A DNA stretch of 32,000 nt. It comes from Mesoplasma florum L1. Lineage in GTDB: Bacteria; Bacillota_I; Bacilli_A; Mycoplasmatales; Mycoplasmataceae. Made by a program: the position numbers and the translations under genes. The stretch spans positions 300,001 through 332,000 of the forward strand of contig NC_006055.1 in assembly GCF_000008305.1 (NCBI RefSeq), given 5' to 3'. This document shows, in pieces, positions 23,316 to 32,000 of this stretch (within the stretch, counting starts at the first letter, position 1; the number at the start of each line of letters is the position of its first letter). The notes under the pieces were generated by a model. It saw nothing but the letters and a program-made list of their open reading frames with translations, was not told the DNA's origin and did no database searches.

Positions 23316-23344
23316 TTTCCAATATTTTTTATTAATAATATAAT
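23316..23344 (+). promoter_or_regulatory. Candidate promoter for the sigma-like gene (TTTCCA-17 nt-TATAAT)
   Basis: A perfect -10 TATAAT at 23339-23344 and a weak -35 at 23316-23321, about 25 nt upstream of ATG 23369. Confidence 0.3.
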
Positions 23345-23368
23345 GACATTGAAAGGAACTAAAAATCG

Positions 23369-23956
23369 ATGAAAAAAAGAAAAAAAGTTAAGTTAACTTT
23401 AGAAGAAAAATATAAATTGTTTAATTCTAATAAAGCTAGAATTTATTTTGCTATTAAAAAAGCATATAGTAAATTTGATTCAATACCATTGGAGTTAGAA
23501 GACTTTGAATTTTATGCATGAGAAGCATATTTGGATATTTTAGATAAATATTATGATAGAAATATGAGAAAAAGTTTTGAGAGTTGTTTAGTAGATGCTG
23601 TTTATTGAAAGGCAATGAATGTTTGTGCAAAATTTGTAACTAACAAGTATAAAATAATGAATCAAGGAATGAGAACAAGTAATTTTATGAGTGATGAATA
23701 TAAAGAAATGATAAATAATATTAGTGTTGAAGAAAACTCATATGACGAAATTGGTTGAACACAGTTATTTGAACAATACTTTGCAAAAAACACTGATAAA
23801 ATGCCAAAACAAGTTTTTACACTTTATATTTATGGAATGAGTTTTGTAGAAATTGCAAAAGAATTAAATATTTCATCAGCAAAAGTTAGAAATACTTTTT
23901 ATAAAGTTTTACCAGAAATTAGACAAGTGGTTTCCAATCAAGTATTTTTAGATTAA
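23369..23956 (+). CDS. Small sigma-70 family (region 2 plus region 4, ECF-like) putative alternative sigma factor
   Basis: Invisible in the ORF track because of 3 in-frame TGA codons. 195 aa. The region-2-like segment is LEDFEFYAWEAYLDILDKYYDRNMRKSFESCLVDAVYWKAMN. The region-4 HTH is MPKQVFTLYIYGMSFVEIAKELNISSAKVRNTFYKV. Confidence 0.65.
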
Positions 23957-23982
23957 AATATATTGTAAAGGGGCGTGATTGA

Positions 23983-24261
23983 ATGAGTTATTATTATAAA
24001 CCAAGTATGGGTTATTCAGTGCACGCTTTACAAAGAGCTAAAGAAAGACTTAAATTACAGGATAAACAAGACTGAGAAGTTAAAGAAGCAATTAAAAATC
24101 ATATTTTTAATTCAACAAAAACTTTTAAGATTAACGGAATGTTATATTTATCAGCGTCTAATACAAACATATTTTTTGTAATCAATGAAAGTAGTAACAC
24201 ATTAGTTACAGTCACTCTTGTGTCAGCTGAAAAGCAACTAAGATTAATGGGCGGGTGATAA
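23983..24261 (+). CDS. Small hypothetical protein, DUF4258-like pattern (HAxxRxxER ... LVTV)
   Basis: ATG at 23983 follows the SD AAAGGGG. 92 aa including 2 TGA codons, ending GGW-TAA 1 nt before the coaE ATG. The N-terminus YSVHALQRAKERL followed by beta-rich FFVINESSNTLVTVTLV recalls the DUF4258/RelE-fold small-protein pattern. Confidence 0.5.
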
Positions 24262-24262
24262 T

Positions 24263-24823
24263 ATGATAATTGGAGTTTATGGAACAATAGGTGCTGGTAA
24301 AACAACTATTTCAAATAAAATAAAAAAATTAAAATTTAAAGTAATAAACGCGGATAAAATTTCAAAGGATGTTTTGAATTCAAGAGATATTGAAAAACAA
24401 ATAAAAGATGCTTTTCCTAATGCTTTTATTGAAAATAATTTAAATAGAGCTAAATTAAGAAAAATTATTTCAGAAGATCAAAATTGTTTAAATAAATTAA
24501 ATTCAATTGTTTGACCTGAAATAAAAAATCAAATCTCGTTATTAATTCAAACAAATCCAGGAAATATTGTAATAGACGCAGCATTATTACCAGAACTAGG
24601 GCTTGAAGTTGATAAATATATAAGAGTTAAAGCAAATCTTTTAACTACTCTTTTAAGAGTTAAAAAAAGGGATAAAAAACCCTTTAAAGAAACTTATTCA
24701 ATTTACAAACAACAAAAGCAAAGAATTAAAAAATATGATTTAAATAACGAAGTCATAATCATTAATGATATATGAACAAAAAGCATAACTTATAAGCAAC
24801 TACATAAAAAAATATTTAAATAA
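24263..24823 (+). CDS. coaE: Dephospho-CoA kinase
   Basis: P-loop IGVYGTIGAGKTT at the N-terminus. ORF 24263-24514 extends through 2 TGA codons to TAA at 24821-24823. 186 aa. Confidence 0.8.
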
Positions 24824-24850
24824 GATCACGATCTTATTTTTTATTTTTTT
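24818..24850 (+). terminator. Rho-independent terminator overlapping the coaE stop codon
   Basis: TAAGAT, loop CACG, ATCTTA, followed by TTTTTTATTTTTTT. Confidence 0.6.
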
Positions 24851-24877
24851 GCATTTAATTAAGATAAAATTAATAGT

Positions 24878-25738
24878 ATGAATAAATCAGGAATAATAAT
24901 TTTAAATAAACCAAAAGGTTTAACAACAAATCATTTAATTCAAAAACTTAAAAGAAAATTAAATGTAAAAAAAATAGGGCATGCAGGTACTTTGGATCCT
25001 TTAGCTACTGGTGTGGTTATATGTTTAATAAATAATGGAACAAAATTAAGTGATTATTTTTTAAATGAAAATAAAGCATATGAAGTCACTATGAAATTAT
25101 TTCAAGCTACAGATACATATGATAGTGATGGAAGCATAATAGAAGAGCAGGAACCTTTCAAAATAGAACAAGAACAAGTTGAAAAAGTTATAGCAAAGTT
25201 TAATGGACTTGCTTATGAACAAGAACCGCCAATGTATTCAGCAATTAAAATTGATGGAAAAAAACTTTATGAATATGCTCGTGAAAATCAAGTTGTAAAA
25301 GTGAATAAAAGACTAATAAAAATTAATTCACTATCTTTAGATAAATATGAAAATAATGAAATATCAATGACTGTTTATTGTTCAAAAGGAACTTATATAA
25401 GAAGCCTTATTGTAGATATAGCAAAAGAACTAAATACAATTGCTCATGTAACTAGTCTAAATAGAATAGAATCAGGAAATTTTATAATTAAAAATTCTGT
25501 TAACATTGAAAATTGTGAAGAATCAAATTTGATTAAAATGTTTGATGCAATTAAAATGGCTGACTATGAAATAGTTGAATTAGATGACACATTAAATGTT
25601 GAGCATGGTAAAAAAATAGAAGTGATAGCTGAGAAAAATATTGTTTTTATTTCAAATAAATCAAAAGAACTTATAGCTTGTTATGAGAGAGAAAATGGAA
25701 ATGTCTTTAAATGCAAGCGTGGAGGTTTAAATATTTAA
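24878..25738 (+). CDS. truB: tRNA pseudouridine(55) synthase TruB
   Basis: Intact 286-aa ORF with catalytic motif [12 protein letters not shown]. Confidence 0.92.
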   Translation: MNKSGIIILNKPKGLTTNHLIQKLKRKLNVKKIGHAGTLDPLATGVVICLINNGTKLSDYFLNENKAYEVTMKLFQATDTYDSDGSIIEEQEPFKIEQEQVEKVIAKFNGLAYEQEPPMYSAIKIDGKKLYEYARENQVVKVNKRLIKINSLSLDKYENNEISMTVYCSKGTYIRSLIVDIAKELNTIAHVTSLNRIESGNFIIKNSVNIENCEESNLIKMFDAIKMADYEIVELDDTLNVEHGKKIEVIAEKNIVFISNKSKELIACYERENGNVFKCKRGGLNI

Positions 25739-26280
25739 TGAAAGTTTTTAAAACTGATATAAATAGTATTATCCAAAATGAAAGAGAAACTTGTGCAACT
25801 ATAGGTATGTTTGATGCATTACATAAATATCACAAATTGATTATAGAAAAAACACAAACAATTGCTCAAGAAAATAATTTGGAATCTATAATAATAACTT
25901 TTGATCACAAACCAACAAAAGGAACTGAAACATTATTAAATGAAAATAAAAAAATTAATTATATTAATGAAAATTTTCAAATAGATAAAATGATAATTTT
26001 ACAAGTAAATAATGATTTGATTAATACTTCAAAAGAACAATTTGTCAAAATACTTAAAAATAAATTTAAAGTAATTAAGTTAGTTGAAGGAAGCGACTTT
26101 AGATTTGGATTTGAGAAAAGTGGAGATGTTGAATACTTAAAAAATAGTTTTGGTGAAAAAAATGTTTTTATTTATGAAAGAGATAAAAACATATCAACAT
26201 CTAAAATAAAAAAGCTTGTAAAAGAAAATAAAATTGCAGAAATAGATGATGAATTAGAAGTTGACATAAATTTATTGTAA
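25738..26280 (+). CDS. ribF: FMN adenylyltransferase (FAD synthetase N-terminal module only; no riboflavin kinase domain)
   Basis: ATG 25738 overlaps the truB stop (TAATG). 180 aa. Motifs GMFDALHKYH, GSDFRFGFEKSGD and ISTSKIKK. The protein ends where the RFK domain of a bifunctional RibF would begin. Confidence 0.75.
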   Translation: MKVFKTDINSIIQNERETCATIGMFDALHKYHKLIIEKTQTIAQENNLESIIITFDHKPTKGTETLLNENKKINYINENFQIDKMIILQVNNDLINTSKEQFVKILKNKFKVIKLVEGSDFRFGFEKSGDVEYLKNSFGEKNVFIYERDKNISTSKIKKLVKENKIAEIDDELEVDINLL

Positions 26281-26303
26281 TAAAGATTTAAAAAGTCTAT
26301 AAT
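26275..26303 (+). promoter_or_regulatory. Candidate rpsO promoter (TTGTAA-17 nt-TATAAT)
   Basis: -35 at 26275-26280 and -10 at 26298-26303, giving a 5' leader of about 90 nt before ATG 26399. Confidence 0.5.
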
Positions 26304-26398
26304 ATAAAAAGTGATTGTTCACCAAAGATGTTATTCGCTCCCATGAATGCACCTTTGATGAAACGCTAAAAATCAAAAAAAAGAAAGGGAGACAGATC

Positions 26399-26665
26399 AT
26401 GATTTCAAAAACAAGAAAAGCTGAAATTATTAAAGAATTTGGTGGAAGCGAAGCTAACACAGGATTAGCTGAAGTTCAAATTGCTTTACTAACAGAAGAT
26501 ATCGCTAACATGACTGAACATTTAAAAGAACATAAAAAAGATGTTCCTACAAGAAGAACTTTATTAAAAAAAGTTGCTCAAAGAAGACACTTATTAGATT
26601 TCTTAATTAAAAAAGATGTTAACAGATATAAAGAAATTATTGCTAAATTAGGTTTAAGAAAATAA
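26399..26665 (+). CDS. rpsO: 30S ribosomal protein S15
   Basis: An internal ATG of track ORF 26315-26665, preceded by the [25 protein letters not shown]...[15 protein letters not shown]...LGLRK aligns end-to-end with bacterial S15. 88 aa. Confidence 0.93.
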   Translation: MISKTRKAEIIKEFGGSEANTGLAEVQIALLTEDIANMTEHLKEHKKDVPTRRTLLKKVAQRRHLLDFLIKKDVNRYKEIIAKLGLRK

Positions 26666-26687
26666 TTTCAAAAAAACTCAAAAATTA

Positions 26688-26716
26688 TTGACACATAGAT
26701 TTAATTCTTATATTAT
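26688..26716 (+). promoter_or_regulatory. Candidate tRNA-Gly promoter (TTGACA-17 nt-TATTAT)
   Basis: A consensus -35 at 26688-26693 and a -10 at 26711-26716, about 18 nt upstream of the mature tRNA 5' end. Confidence 0.55.
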
Positions 26717-26733
26717 ATTTATGTGTCTAAAAT

Positions 26734-26807
26734 GCAGGTGTAGTTTAATGGTAGAACTTCAGCCTTCCAAGCTGACTGTGAGGGTTCGATTCCCTTCACC
26801 TGCTCCA
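26734..26807 (+). tRNA. tRNA-Gly (anticodon UCC), CCA encoded
   Basis: The cloverleaf folds by hand. The acceptor GCAGGTG pairs with CACCTGC. The anticodon stem TCAGC/GCTGA carries the loop CT-TCC-AA. The T arm is GAGGG-TTCGATT-CCCTT, followed by the discriminator T and CCA. Confidence 0.93.
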
Positions 26808-26819
26808 TTTAAAAAGTAG

Positions 26820-26849
26820 AACAACCGAAAGGTTGTTTTTTTATTTTTT
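26820..26849 (+). terminator. Rho-independent terminator after tRNA-Gly
   Basis: AACAACC, GAAA tetraloop, GGTTGTT, followed by TTTTTATTTTTT. Confidence 0.8.
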
Positions 26850-26882
26850 GATATAATTAAAATTAGAAAAAAGGTGAATCTG

Positions 26883-27599
26883 ATGAGTGATACAAAAACC
26901 CTGGATTGAAATAAAACTAGAGAATTTGATCTTGAAAGAACAAATATTTGAATAAGTTTTATTTTTGAAATCTTAGTTGTAGTTTTACCTTATGTAGTCA
27001 TTTGAATACTTATTGGTAGTTCATGGAATACTGAAAAATTTCATAATTATTATAATAACTTACCTTTGAAAGATTTATTACTTACGATAATTTGTATAGC
27101 TTATGTAATAATAGCGTTGGGAATTAATTTAATTACATATATTTTAAAATGACAAAAAGAAGATAGTTTCACTTTTACAACTGCAATTGCCTTGTGCTTA
27201 ACAGGATTAATAACTAATAGTATTTGAATAGACAAATTATCAATAGGCGGCTTTTCAATATTTTTAAAAGTTATATTTTTAATATTATTTGCTTTATTGG
27301 GTATATTCATAGGAACTTTAGCAACAATGTTAATAAGAAATTACAAATTTAAAATAGAGGAAGAAGATCAAATTTTACTACAAGCATATAAAAATGGTGA
27401 AGAAATACCTTCCATTAAAAAAATAAGATTAGACAGAGCTGAAAAATACAGAATCAAAAAAGAACAAGAAATTGAAGAATTAAATAAGTTTAAAGAAGAA
27501 TTAAACGAAAAAATAGCAATTGAATTAAAAAATAAAAAGCATGAAAAATTAGATCAAAAAGAAAACAAAAAACGAAATAAAAAAAATAATAAAAAATAA
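26883..27599 (+). CDS. Hypothetical membrane protein (about 4 TM) with Lys/Glu-rich C-terminal tail
   Basis: ATG at 26883 follows the SD AAAGGTGA. The frame passes through 5 TGA codons and joins ORF 27297-27599. 238 aa. I recognise no conserved motif. Confidence 0.6.
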
Positions 27600-27674
27600 C
27601 CTGTGTTTAAGGGTTAAAAAACAATGCAAAATTTGCTAAAATTAATATAATTGTATTTTAAAGAAAGGATCATT

Positions 27675-28730
27675 ATGACTAATAAAATAGAATCCAATCA
27701 AAGTAAATTTTTAAATTTAAAAAATAATAATTTCTTTATAAGATTTTCATCAAGTGTAATTATAGTTGCTATGATAATTTTATTTTTATCAACAGCAATA
27801 TTGAGTGAAGAATTATGAGTTCATTTAAGCGATAAAAATAAAGCAGAAGCTGTTAGTCAAGCTCTTGGAATTGTTATGCTATGCATATCTGTTGCTATAT
27901 TAATGTTTTGTATATATGAATTATCTACATCATTAAAGATTAAAAATAAAGTTTTCATAATAATTATGGAATTATTAGCTTTGGGACTATTTTTAGCACC
28001 GATAACTTCAATAAGAAATCTAAATGATTTATTCATTTACCAAGATTGAGTTTTAAAAGCTAAACTGGCTGAATGATATATGCAATTTATTTATTTAATT
28101 ATATTTTTAAGTGCTTCAACAATAACAGGTTATTTATCAGGAGTTAATCTTAAAAAAATGGTTATGATCATTGGAACTTCATTAATTATAATATTTGGTA
28201 TGAAAGGATTTACTTACATATCACTAACAAATGATTATAATTCACAAGATTATTCAAGTATTAGATTTGGTTATGTAACAGCAATTTGAATTTGATTAAT
28301 TGTTATATTAACAGATACATTTGCTTATATATTTGGTATAGCATTTGGTAAACACAAAATGGCTCCAAAAATTTCCCCTAAAAAAAGTTGAGAAGGTGCA
28401 ATCGGAGGATTTACAACAGCTTTTATAGTTTCAGTAACAATGGCAATATTATTTTTCTTCTTTGTTAATTCTCATTCTATTTTTAAAGATTATATGAGTA
28501 ATATTCAAACCAATTTAGGAACAGGATTAGTTATATTCATGTATATTCTTTTAGCATCTTTAATTTCATTTATAGGTCAATTAGGAGATTTGTTTTTTTC
28601 ACTAATTAAAAGAAAAAATGATATAAAAGATTTTTCAAATTTAATACCAGGCCATGGAGGAGTTTTAGATAGACTTGACTCATTCATGTTAGTATTCTTA
28701 TTTATGTATTTATTTACATTAATCAATTAG
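27675..28730 (+). CDS. cdsA: Phosphatidate cytidylyltransferase
   Basis: ATG at 27675 follows the SD AAAGGA. ORFs 28080-28289 and 28440-28730 share the frame and are joined by TGA codons. Signature [28 protein letters not shown]. 351 aa. Confidence 0.9.
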
Positions 28731-28744
28731 TTTAAGGAGTTTAT

Positions 28745-30013
28745 ATGGGAAGTGTAATGATAGTAATTTTATCAATATTAATTTCAATCATTGTTGTATT
28801 GGTGCTAATTACACTTCATGAACTAGGACATTTCATTGTAGCAAAGTTATCAAAAGCTTATGTCTTTGAATTTGCAATTGGTTTTGGTCCTAAATTGTTT
28901 GTTATAAAAACAAAAGAAACTTGATATTCAGTTAGACTAATACCTTTGGGTGGTTATGTTTCTATAGCTAGCGATTTTGCTGAACCACCAAAAGGCAGAG
29001 AAGAAGAATTTGAAAAAATACCTGACATAAGAAAAATTGATTATGCTATAAAATGAAAGAAAACTTTATTTATTTTATTTGGACCATTAATGAATTTATT
29101 TATAGCCTATATTTTAATCTTTTCAGTAATGTTTGGAGTTGGATACAAACCAAGTGATCCAAATTTTTACGGTCAAAACTTTTCAACGACTTCTATTGCT
29201 TATAAAATGATATATGAAAACGAAAAAGAAGGACAAACACCACCAGTAACAGAAGAAAAATATATTTACAATGATTTGCAAATTGCAATTACAGGATGAA
29301 ATGTAAAAATTGAAGAAAAACCTTTTGAATTTAAAACTACTAATTCTGCTAATTTAGCACCTACGTATTTACAAATTTCAAAAATGTTTAATGACGGTAA
29401 AAAAGATATCTTGAATTATTTATATAAAAATAATATTGAGTCAGGTAATGTTGAATATCAATTTAGTTATGTTAATTTAACTAATGATTATTCAGGGGAT
29501 GTTAAATCTGATGGTAAAACAGAGTTTAAACTTATAAGTGAAGAACAAACAATAGCTGAATGAAGAAAAACAGGTCAAATAAATGGTATAGCAATTGCAC
29601 CACCAGATAGACATTTTAAAAATGGTGCTCAAAAATTTGGTTATACATTCGTTGAAACATGAAATCAATCATTTTCATTATTAGTAGGTATTGGTAAATT
29701 CTTTACAGGTGATTTTAGTGCTATTTCTGGTCCTGTTGGTATTGCTAAATCATCAATTGGAACTACAGGTGCTGCAACTACATCAATGGTTGCCAGTCGT
29801 TTGTTTTATGTTTCTTCTATATCAGCAAACTTATTTATGCTAAATATGCTTCCATTTCCACCATTAGATGGATATAAGTTTTGAGAAACATTAGTAGAAT
29901 GAGTAACCAGAAAAGAAGTTAGTCAAAAATCAAAAACAATAATTTATGCAGCTGGAGCAATTTTATTAGTAACTTTCATAGTAATAGTAACAATTAAAGA
30001 TTTTATAGTTTAA
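28745..30013 (+). CDS. M50 family site-2 (RseP-like) zinc metalloprotease
   Basis: ATG at 28745 follows the SD AAGGAG. HELGHF lies in TM1 and a second motif LNMLPFPPLDGYKF lies near the C-terminus. ORF 29090-29299 is in the same frame; TAA is at 30011-30013. 422 aa. Confidence 0.85.
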
Positions 30014-30026
30014 AAAAGGAGCTTAT

Positions 30027-32000
30027 ATGTCAGACAATAAGGTATTAGAATTATTTCAAAAATTGAAGATCAATTTAAATGAAGGCGAACTTTCATATTT
30101 TGAACATTCTGAAATTGAAAAAGCTACAATAAGCTCTTTAAAATCAAAACTTAGATTGTCATTAAAAATTAAAAACTTTTTACCTATAAGAGTATTAAGT
30201 GAAATTCATGAAAAATGTGTCGGATCAGAAGAAATAAAAATAAAACTAATTTTAAATGTGCAAAACCAAAGAATAGATAAAGAATTAATTTGTGAGTATA
30301 TTGAATTTATTAAAAATTTTAAATCTCAAAATAAAACAATTATCTGAAACTTTATTGAAGCTGAAGGATTTGAATATGATGCAGATGAAAATTTAATTAA
30401 ATTTGTTGTTGATTCTAATGAATTGAAAAACCAATTAACAACTGAATTGGAATATTGTTTAGCTAAATTAAAACAATTTGGTTTTAAAGAACTTAGTTAT
30501 GATATTCAAGTTGAAGATAAAACAGAAGAATATATAAAACAATCTTTAATAATTGAACAACAAACTAAAGAACAATATAAACAATTTGCCCCTGAATCAA
30601 CAGAAAAATCTCAAAATATGATTATTTCAAAACAAAAGTCACAGAAGTGAAATCAATCTTTAGATAATCCAAGTTATGATTCATTTGAAGACATTGAAGA
30701 AGATGCACAAAATATTGTCTTACATGGTAAAATGATGAGCATTGATATAAGAGATTCTAAAGCAAATAATCGTAAAATATATTCAATTGGTTTAACAGAT
30801 AATAATTCATCAATCAAATGTATATATTTTGGTAAAGAAGATGAAAGAACTATTATGGACCCTTTAACCGAAGAAGAAATATCATCAGATAGAATTGAAG
30901 AAATTAAAAATAAGAGAATTGCTAAAGGTGATTGAATAGCTGTTAAAGGTAAAACATCTTATTCACAATTTGATAAAGAACAAAATTTTATTATTGAAAA
31001 GATAGGAAAAATATCTCGATCAGAAGCTATGGTTAAAGACGATTCAGAACAAAAACGTGTTGAATTGCATGTTCATACTAAAATGAGTGCTATGGATGGT
31101 GTTTCATCAATTCAAGAATATTTACAAATGGTTGATAAATGAAATTGAAAAGCAATCGCAATTACTGATCATATAAATGTTCAAACTTTCCCTGATGCAT
31201 ATAATGAATTAAAAAAAATTAATAAAAATAAAGCTGAAGAAGATAAACTAAAATTAATTTATGGTCTTGAAATGAATATGATTGAAAAAGAGGATTATTG
31301 AATTGTTAAAAATCCTAAAGGTCAAAAAATAAGAGAATCAAAAATGGTTGTATTCGACTTAGAAACAACTGGTTTATCACCTGAGTTTAATGAAATCATT
31401 GAATTTGGTGCTGTAGTTTTTGATCCTGTAACTGGGAAAACAACCAAATATGACTATTTATTTAAACCAAAACAACCTTTAAAACAATTTACAATAGATC
31501 TTACAAATATAACTCCTGAGATGTTAGAAGATAAGAAAAATATTGATGATGATTTTGATAAGATTTATGAATTAATTAAAGATAGTATTTTAGTTGCTCA
31601 TAATGCAAACTTTGACTTTAACTTTTTAAATAGCTTATCTAAAAGATTAGGATATGGTGATTTACAAAATACTGTTATTGATACATTAACACTTTCTAGA
31701 TTAGTTAGACCTGCTTTAAAATCTCATAGGTTAGGAGCAGTATGTAAAAAATTCGGTATTTTATACGATGAACATGTTGCTCACCGTGGAGATTATGATG
31801 CAGATGTTTTAAACGATTTATTCTTTAAAATAATAGCTGAATTAAAATTAACAACACCAATCATTTATGATGCTGACTTAATTAAGTTAGAACCTGAAAA
31901 TGATAAAGATAACATTAACTTATTAAGATCTCGTGGAGCTCATGTTAATGTATTAGCTAAAAATCAACAAGGGTTAAAAGACATATTTAAATTGGTTTCA
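30027..32000 (+). CDS. polC: DNA polymerase III PolC-type alpha subunit (3' partial)
   Basis: ATG at 30027 follows the SD AAAGGAG. ORFs 30027, 30423 and 30732 share a frame, which stays open through TGA codons to the window end. PHP motif VELHVHTKMSAMDG and 3'-5' exonuclease ExoI motif VVFDLETTGLSPEFNEIIEFGAV. Confidence 0.92.

Noticed and set aside
25711-25737. The longer N-terminus of the ribF ORF (MQAWRFKYL...).
   Set aside because: It lies inside truB in another frame. ATG 25738 forms the typical TAATG stop/start coupling, and the family alignment begins there.
26315-26398. A 28-aa N-terminal extension of S15 ([14 protein letters not shown]...).
   Set aside because: Bacterial S15 starts at the MxISKxxKxEII position. 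A strong SD (AAAGGGAG) precedes ATG 26399. The upstream part is better explained as a 5' leader.
536-27310. All twelve minus-strand ORFs in the track: 536-736, 1150-1338, 2570-2917, 4957-5139, 8915-9133, 9539-9802, 11491-11676, 13137-13457, 20079-20267, 24099-24305, 26272-26460 and 27101-27310.
   Set aside because: Each lies wholly or mostly antisense to a + strand gene; 26272-26460 spans the ribF end, the rpsO leader and the rpsO start. Their translations are low-complexity (F/I/L/S/K-rich) with no motifs. None has a convincing SD. They are shadow ORFs of the kind expected in AT-rich DNA.
27597-27622. The hairpin TAACC-N10-GGTTA after the orphan membrane gene, considered as a + strand terminator.
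   Set aside because: It is followed by an A-run rather than a T-run, and the stem is only 5 bp. It would look like a terminator only on the minus strand, where there is no gene.
1-32000. Reading the many fragmented same-frame ORFs as pseudogenes, frameshifts or split genes.
   Set aside because: The fragments are interrupted only by TGA, never by TAA or TAG. The TGA codons fall at conserved Trp positions. Code 4 explains everything without invoking gene decay.
1-32000. CRISPR arrays, IS elements or transposases, integrases, phage genes, and restriction-modification or other defence islands.
   Set aside because: I found no direct-repeat/spacer periodicity, no terminal inverted repeats flanking an ORF and no recombinase-like motifs. 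Every sizeable ORF is accounted for by a housekeeping or membrane protein.

Overview
AT-rich Mollicutes-type chromosome segment (Mycoplasma, Mesoplasma, Entomoplasma or Spiroplasma lineage) read with genetic code 4, where TGA encodes Trp. The supplied ORF track used the standard code, so most genes appear as 2-6 same-frame fragments split only at TGA. TGA falls at conserved Trp positions, for example sigma-70 'YATWWIRQA' is encoded aca-tga-tga-att at 10510-10521. Rejoining the fragments gives 29 tightly packed CDS plus one tRNA, all on the + strand; every minus-strand ORF in the track looks like a shadow ORF. Gene order: FtsX-like ABC permease (5' partial), DJ-1/PfpI, C39-peptidase ABC-like protein, ybeY, era, recO, glyQS, dnaG, rpoD, trmK, NIF3 family, DEAD-box helicase, YitT family, giant secDF fusion, apt, tag, relA/spoT, small sigma-70-family protein, 92-aa DUF4258-like protein, coaE, truB, ribF (adenylyltransferase module only), rpsO, tRNA-Gly(UCC), orphan membrane protein, cdsA, M50 site-2 protease, polC (3' partial). 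This is mostly core housekeeping DNA; I saw no CRISPR array, IS element, phage genes or long repeats. Three things merit follow-up. (1) A peptidase-containing ABC transporter homologue keeps its C39 catalytic residues but has lost every ATP-binding motif. (2) A sigma-like gene and a coupled small gene are entirely missed by the standard-code ORF track. (3) Lineage-specific insertions occur in RpoD region 4, SecDF and YitT. All functional calls rest on by-eye motif recognition and have not been checked against any database.
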